Positions 61,113-64,000 of a DNA stretch of 64,000 nt are shown here, in pieces. Made by a program: the position numbers and the translations under genes. The notes beneath the pieces were generated by a model, which made no database searches, was not told the DNA's origin, and saw nothing but the letters and a program-made list of their open reading frames with translations. Numbering within the stretch: the first letter of the stretch is position 1; every line of letters begins with the position of its first letter. Origin of the DNA: Syntrophales bacterium (lineage in GTDB: Bacteria; Desulfobacterota; Syntrophia; Syntrophales; UBA2210); assembly GCA_963666365.2 (NCBI GenBank), contig CAXXNF010000002.1, forward strand, positions 1,792,001-1,856,000. The letters are read 5' to 3'.

Positions 61113-62012
61113 TTACTCGATGGACGCTCCTTTACCGAAATTACATTCATTGCAGAGCGTTCGTAGATTATCAATTACCGTCTTTCCGCCTTTTGACCAA
61201 GGAACGATATGATCAACATGTAGCTCAAGGTTTGCTGTATTGGCCGGGCTTCGACCGCATTTTTCACATTTGTAGTTTGATCTCTTTAAAATTTTCCATC
61301 GACGCCCAAGAGGTATATCTCTTCTCTCTGGAACTGGTACTGATTGTTTCCTCTGCTTCGGACCATTAATGGTCGGAGGCGGAGCGGGCTGGTCGGAGTT
61401 TGCATATTCCACAAATGCCTCAAGAGCTTTATTCCACGTACCCCACTTTACAATATATGCTTTTCCACCAACTTTAGACGGCGGTGCTGACATTTCTCGA
61501 TAATATGGCTCCCTACCAAGGGTAGACCACATTAACAAAATATTCTCGTAACACTCTTCTTCTGTATATCGTCGCCCATGTGTTTTTGCTTGGAGTCCTG
61601 CACGCTTTAATGCCGCATTCCATGAGCCGAATCTTCTGCGAACTGTATCTGGACTTATAGTTGAGTGATCTCTGAACTCATTAACTGTTAACGTTTCCTT
61701 TCCAAGCGTTCGCGCAACTTCTATAACTTGTAAAAGCACCTCATCATCCATTGCTTTTGCGCCCTGGCGTTGAGTTTTTTCAGATAATGTTGGCGTATTG
61801 TATAAATGAGGGAATCCGGAAATCGTTAGTGCGTTTTTCCAACTTACGAAGCGTCTACGAACAGTGGTAAGACCTACTTTAGAATGTTTTTGGAACTCTG
61901 CGGTAGAAAGGGTACCGCTTGATACAAGCCTACAAACTCTTTTAATTTCTGCAATTAAATTATCATCCGAATAATCAGAAAGACGTTTTAGTTTAAACGA
62001 AAATTTTTTCAT
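61113..62012 (-). CDS. HNH endonuclease with homing-endonuclease-associated repeats
   Basis: three TVRRRFGSWNAAL-type repeats; CEKCG...LHVDHIVPWSKGG...NLRTLCNECNFGK; start placed inside the cassette boundary. Confidence 0.88.
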   Translation of the reverse strand: MKKFSFKLKRLSDYSDDNLIAEIKRVCRLVSSGTLSTAEFQKHSKVGLTTVRRRFVSWKNALTISGFPHLYNTPTLSEKTQRQGAKAMDDEVLLQVIEVARTLGKETLTVNEFRDHSTISPDTVRRRFGSWNAALKRAGLQAKTHGRRYTEEECYENILLMWSTLGREPYYREMSAPPSKVGGKAYIVKWGTWNKALEAFVEYANSDQPAPPPTINGPKQRKQSVPVPERRDIPLGRRWKILKRSNYKCEKCGRSPANTANLELHVDHIVPWSKGGKTVIDNLRTLCNECNFGKGASIE

Positions 62013-62036
62013 AATTGTGCTGTAAAAATTTTTGTG

Positions 62037-62188
62037 CTCTAACGGGGCCGCGGCTGAGCTGCGGTCCGAAGAAAATTGTAATTTTCTGAGGACCGGCAGA
62101 TCAAGCCGCGTGTTCGTCCGCCGCAGGCGGCGGCACGTGGCGACAGTCGCGGCCCCGTTCATCCCGACCGCTTGCGGTCGGGATGAAC
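62037..62188 (-). mobile_element. gene-less 145-bp cassette: long branched attC-like site plus a 32-bp palindrome
   Basis: AACGGGGCCGCG...CGCGGCCCCGTT outer stem; GTTCATCCCGACCGC-TT-GCGGTCGGGATGAAC. Confidence 0.7.
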
Positions 62189-62245
62189 GGCCAGCATCAG
62201 CGGCGCGGGCGGCAGCCCGCGTCCGCCTGCATGCTGTGGTTAGCC
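62182..62245 (-). other. attC site
   Basis: GATGAAC..CAGCATCAG/CTGCATGCTG..GTTAGCC; complementary to 63249-63255. Confidence 0.85.
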
Positions 62246-62262
62246 CAATGTGTTTTCATATT

Positions 62263-62541
62263 TTATCTAAATCTCCAGAAGCCTCTTTGACCAGTATAGG
62301 TAATAGTTCCATTCTCTGACTTAAGGAATTGAAGAGCGTTTCTAACAGTATGATTCCATTCAGGCTGATTATTACCTGAGCGACAGTTTTCAGAACAGTA
62401 ATAAGTATCGTCGCAAAGTGCTGGATATTGGGCTTTAACAGCACTGTAAATTTCATAAATGGTTCTGGTGCCTCTAGGAAGAAATGAAAATCTAGAGGTT
62501 ATTAAATTTTGATATAAATCAATCTCTTTTGGACGAGCCAT
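62263..62541 (-). CDS. small winged-helix-like protein
   Basis: GGAG RBS; IYEIY..V...WNHTVRNALQ.LK...RGFW pattern. Confidence 0.65.
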   Translation of the reverse strand: MARPKEIDLYQNLITSRFSFLPRGTRTIYEIYSAVKAQYPALCDDTYYCSENCRSGNNQPEWNHTVRNALQFLKSENGTITYTGQRGFWRFR

Positions 62542-62560
62542 ATTTGATCTCCTTGCCTTA

Positions 62561-63232
62561 TTACTGATGATCTCGGATAATACGAGCAATTGTATCCAAA
62601 GCTCTTGTAAGTTGAACTGCGACTCTTTCCCAAGCTACTCTTGCTGCTTTATCTCCTGATGAGTAACCCCACATATTTGACTCACGATGTTCAGCGACAA
62701 TCGGCATCGTAAAAGTAATTGGATTCTGCCCTCGATTATCTTGCACTTCCAAATCAAGCCATGCAGCTCCGTTCCACCAGCCTTCGCCGGAAAATGTACA
62801 CCCAAAAACCGTCTGCTCAGACGATATAGATCCAACAACAGGACCCCATGGGCCAACTGCATTTATCTTTGCTGAATCTACAGAATTTAAAAAATCAACT
62901 GATGACACTAAACGACTTCCAAACGAAGAACCCAGTGTTACAATTCGAATGCGAATAGAAACTCGACCGGCAGGTGTTTTTTGGAAGTAGTCTGTCCATT
63001 CAATAGATGAACCATATAATCGGCTTAGGTCCGTCTGAAGTATTGCTGCTGCATCATTTGGTATTTGCGATGTTCGCCCATCGAATACAGAACCAAGGAT
63101 TGCAGGAGATATTACGAGATGTGTACGCGGAGTTCCAGAAATGATAGGGCAAATCACTCTTTCTGTGGCACACCCATTCAATAATGCTAAGGTAATGAGA
63201 ATTGTTGAAACACAACATGAGATTTTGATCAT
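62561..63232 (-). CDS. hypothetical lipoprotein
   Basis: GGAGG RBS; signal peptide with LLNGC lipobox. Confidence 0.75.
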   Translation of the reverse strand: MIKISCCVSTILITLALLNGCATERVICPIISGTPRTHLVISPAILGSVFDGRTSQIPNDAAAILQTDLSRLYGSSIEWTDYFQKTPAGRVSIRIRIVTLGSSFGSRLVSSVDFLNSVDSAKINAVGPWGPVVGSISSEQTVFGCTFSGEGWWNGAAWLDLEVQDNRGQNPITFTMPIVAEHRESNMWGYSSGDKAARVAWERVAVQLTRALDTIARIIRDHQ

Positions 63233-63252
63233 TGTGTCTCCTCCAGAAGGCT

Positions 63253-63468
63253 AACATTTAAGGTTGTATGCGGAGTTAGCCATAATTCCGCATACAATCC
63301 TGTTGGACTAAGCCGCAACTCGGTGTTTCCCTATGGGGATTCAATAACGCGGCTTCGTCCAACATTTAAGGTTGTATGCGGAGTTAGCCATAATTCCGCA
63401 TACAATCCTGTTGGACTAAGCCGCAACTCGGTGTTTCCCTATGGGGATTCAATAACGCGGCTTCGTCC
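63253..63468. repeat. perfect tandem 2x108-bp repeat; each unit is an attC-like hairpin plus an IS91-like end motif
   Basis: 63253-63360 equals 63361-63468; TTGTATGCGGA/TCCGCATACAA stem flanked by AAC and GTTGGAC. Confidence 0.9.
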
Positions 63469-63680
63469 TATTTTTCCATTAAAATATCGATATGGTCATT
63501 GATTGAATAGCGTTTTTACGAAAAAGCCCGGCAAAAAATGCTCCTTTGTTGCTGTGAGCGCTGTTGATGCTGCCTTCGGTGGCGTGGATGTTGAGACATA
63601 TCTCCGAAAAGGGCGCACAGATCCGACGCAATCTTTTGGTGTTCCGATATTCGACTGCAATCATTGATCAACATCCCTTT

Positions 63681-64000
63681 CTATGGAGGCCACCTACCGG
63701 TTTGTGACAGAAGAACCTCCTTCCGCACCATGATTCCCTTGCCGCAATGGGGGCATATCCGAAGATCAACGCCGGTCACCCGGAGGAATGTCTCTTCCCA
63801 GGGTTCTTTGGGGGAATCATTTTTCTCTGCCTGTTCCGGTATGCCGAGGAGCTTTTTGCACTGAGCAAGCTTTCTCTTTCGGTTTCGGTTGCTCAGCAGT
63901 CCGTAATAGCGGATCTTCATGAACTGATCGGGGAGAATGTGCAGGAGAAAGCGACGGATGAACTCGAAGGCGTCGAGGGTCATGAGCTTGGTTGCGCCTT
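63681..64000 (-). CDS. IS91-family transposase, C-terminal part (runs off the window)
   Basis: EFIRRFLLHILP..FMKIRYYGLL; CPHCGKG; terminal PP. Confidence 0.9.
   Translation of the reverse strand, partial: GATKLMTLDAFEFIRRFLLHILPDQFMKIRYYGLLSNRNRKRKLAQCKKLLGIPEQAEKNDSPKEPWEETFLRVTGVDLRICPHCGKGIMVRKEVLLSQTGRWPP

Noticed and set aside
62013..62162. N-terminal extensions of ORF-track calls (also 29748-29915 and 46106-46195)
   Set aside because: They run through attC sites or overlap a neighbouring gene; internal starts fit better.
63253..63468. CRISPR array
   Set aside because: Only two identical 108-bp units, no variable spacers and no cas genes.

Overview
Bacterial DNA whose gene content suggests an anaerobic deltaproteobacterium (Desulfobacterota/Syntrophales-like; inferred). 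There are three zones. (1) 1-3.0 kb is the tail of a plus-strand integron-type cassette array: an ICMT-family gene, a hybrid histidine kinase bounded by attC sites, and a CMD pseudogene. (2) 3.3-31.1 kb holds ordinary chromosomal genes (moaA, acs, a DtxR-led operon, perR-katG, a yedE/yedF selenium-type cluster and others). (3) 31.4-64 kb is a long minus-strand cassette region. Its attC sites are intact on the right (54.9-63.4 kb) and eroded on the left, and no integrase lies in the window. This zone carries a two-gene CBASS cassette (CdnE-like CD-NTase plus Cap15), an HNH cassette, toxin-antitoxin genes, IS21, an IS91-like transposase, a dead RAYT element, and two kinds of gene-less palindromic cassette, one with five copies in the window. 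The best candidate for an undescribed system is a RiPP locus at 47.06-54.25 kb. It encodes an NHLP-leader precursor with a predicted 4-residue core (SIWC), a fused cyclodehydratase/YcaO, a TsrM-like B12 radical SAM enzyme, and an HATPase-like/RRE/M50 protease fusion. The locus was shaped by a duplication with reciprocal losses and is bracketed by RAYT-type inverted repeats. All family assignments come from motif recognition by eye; no database searches were run.
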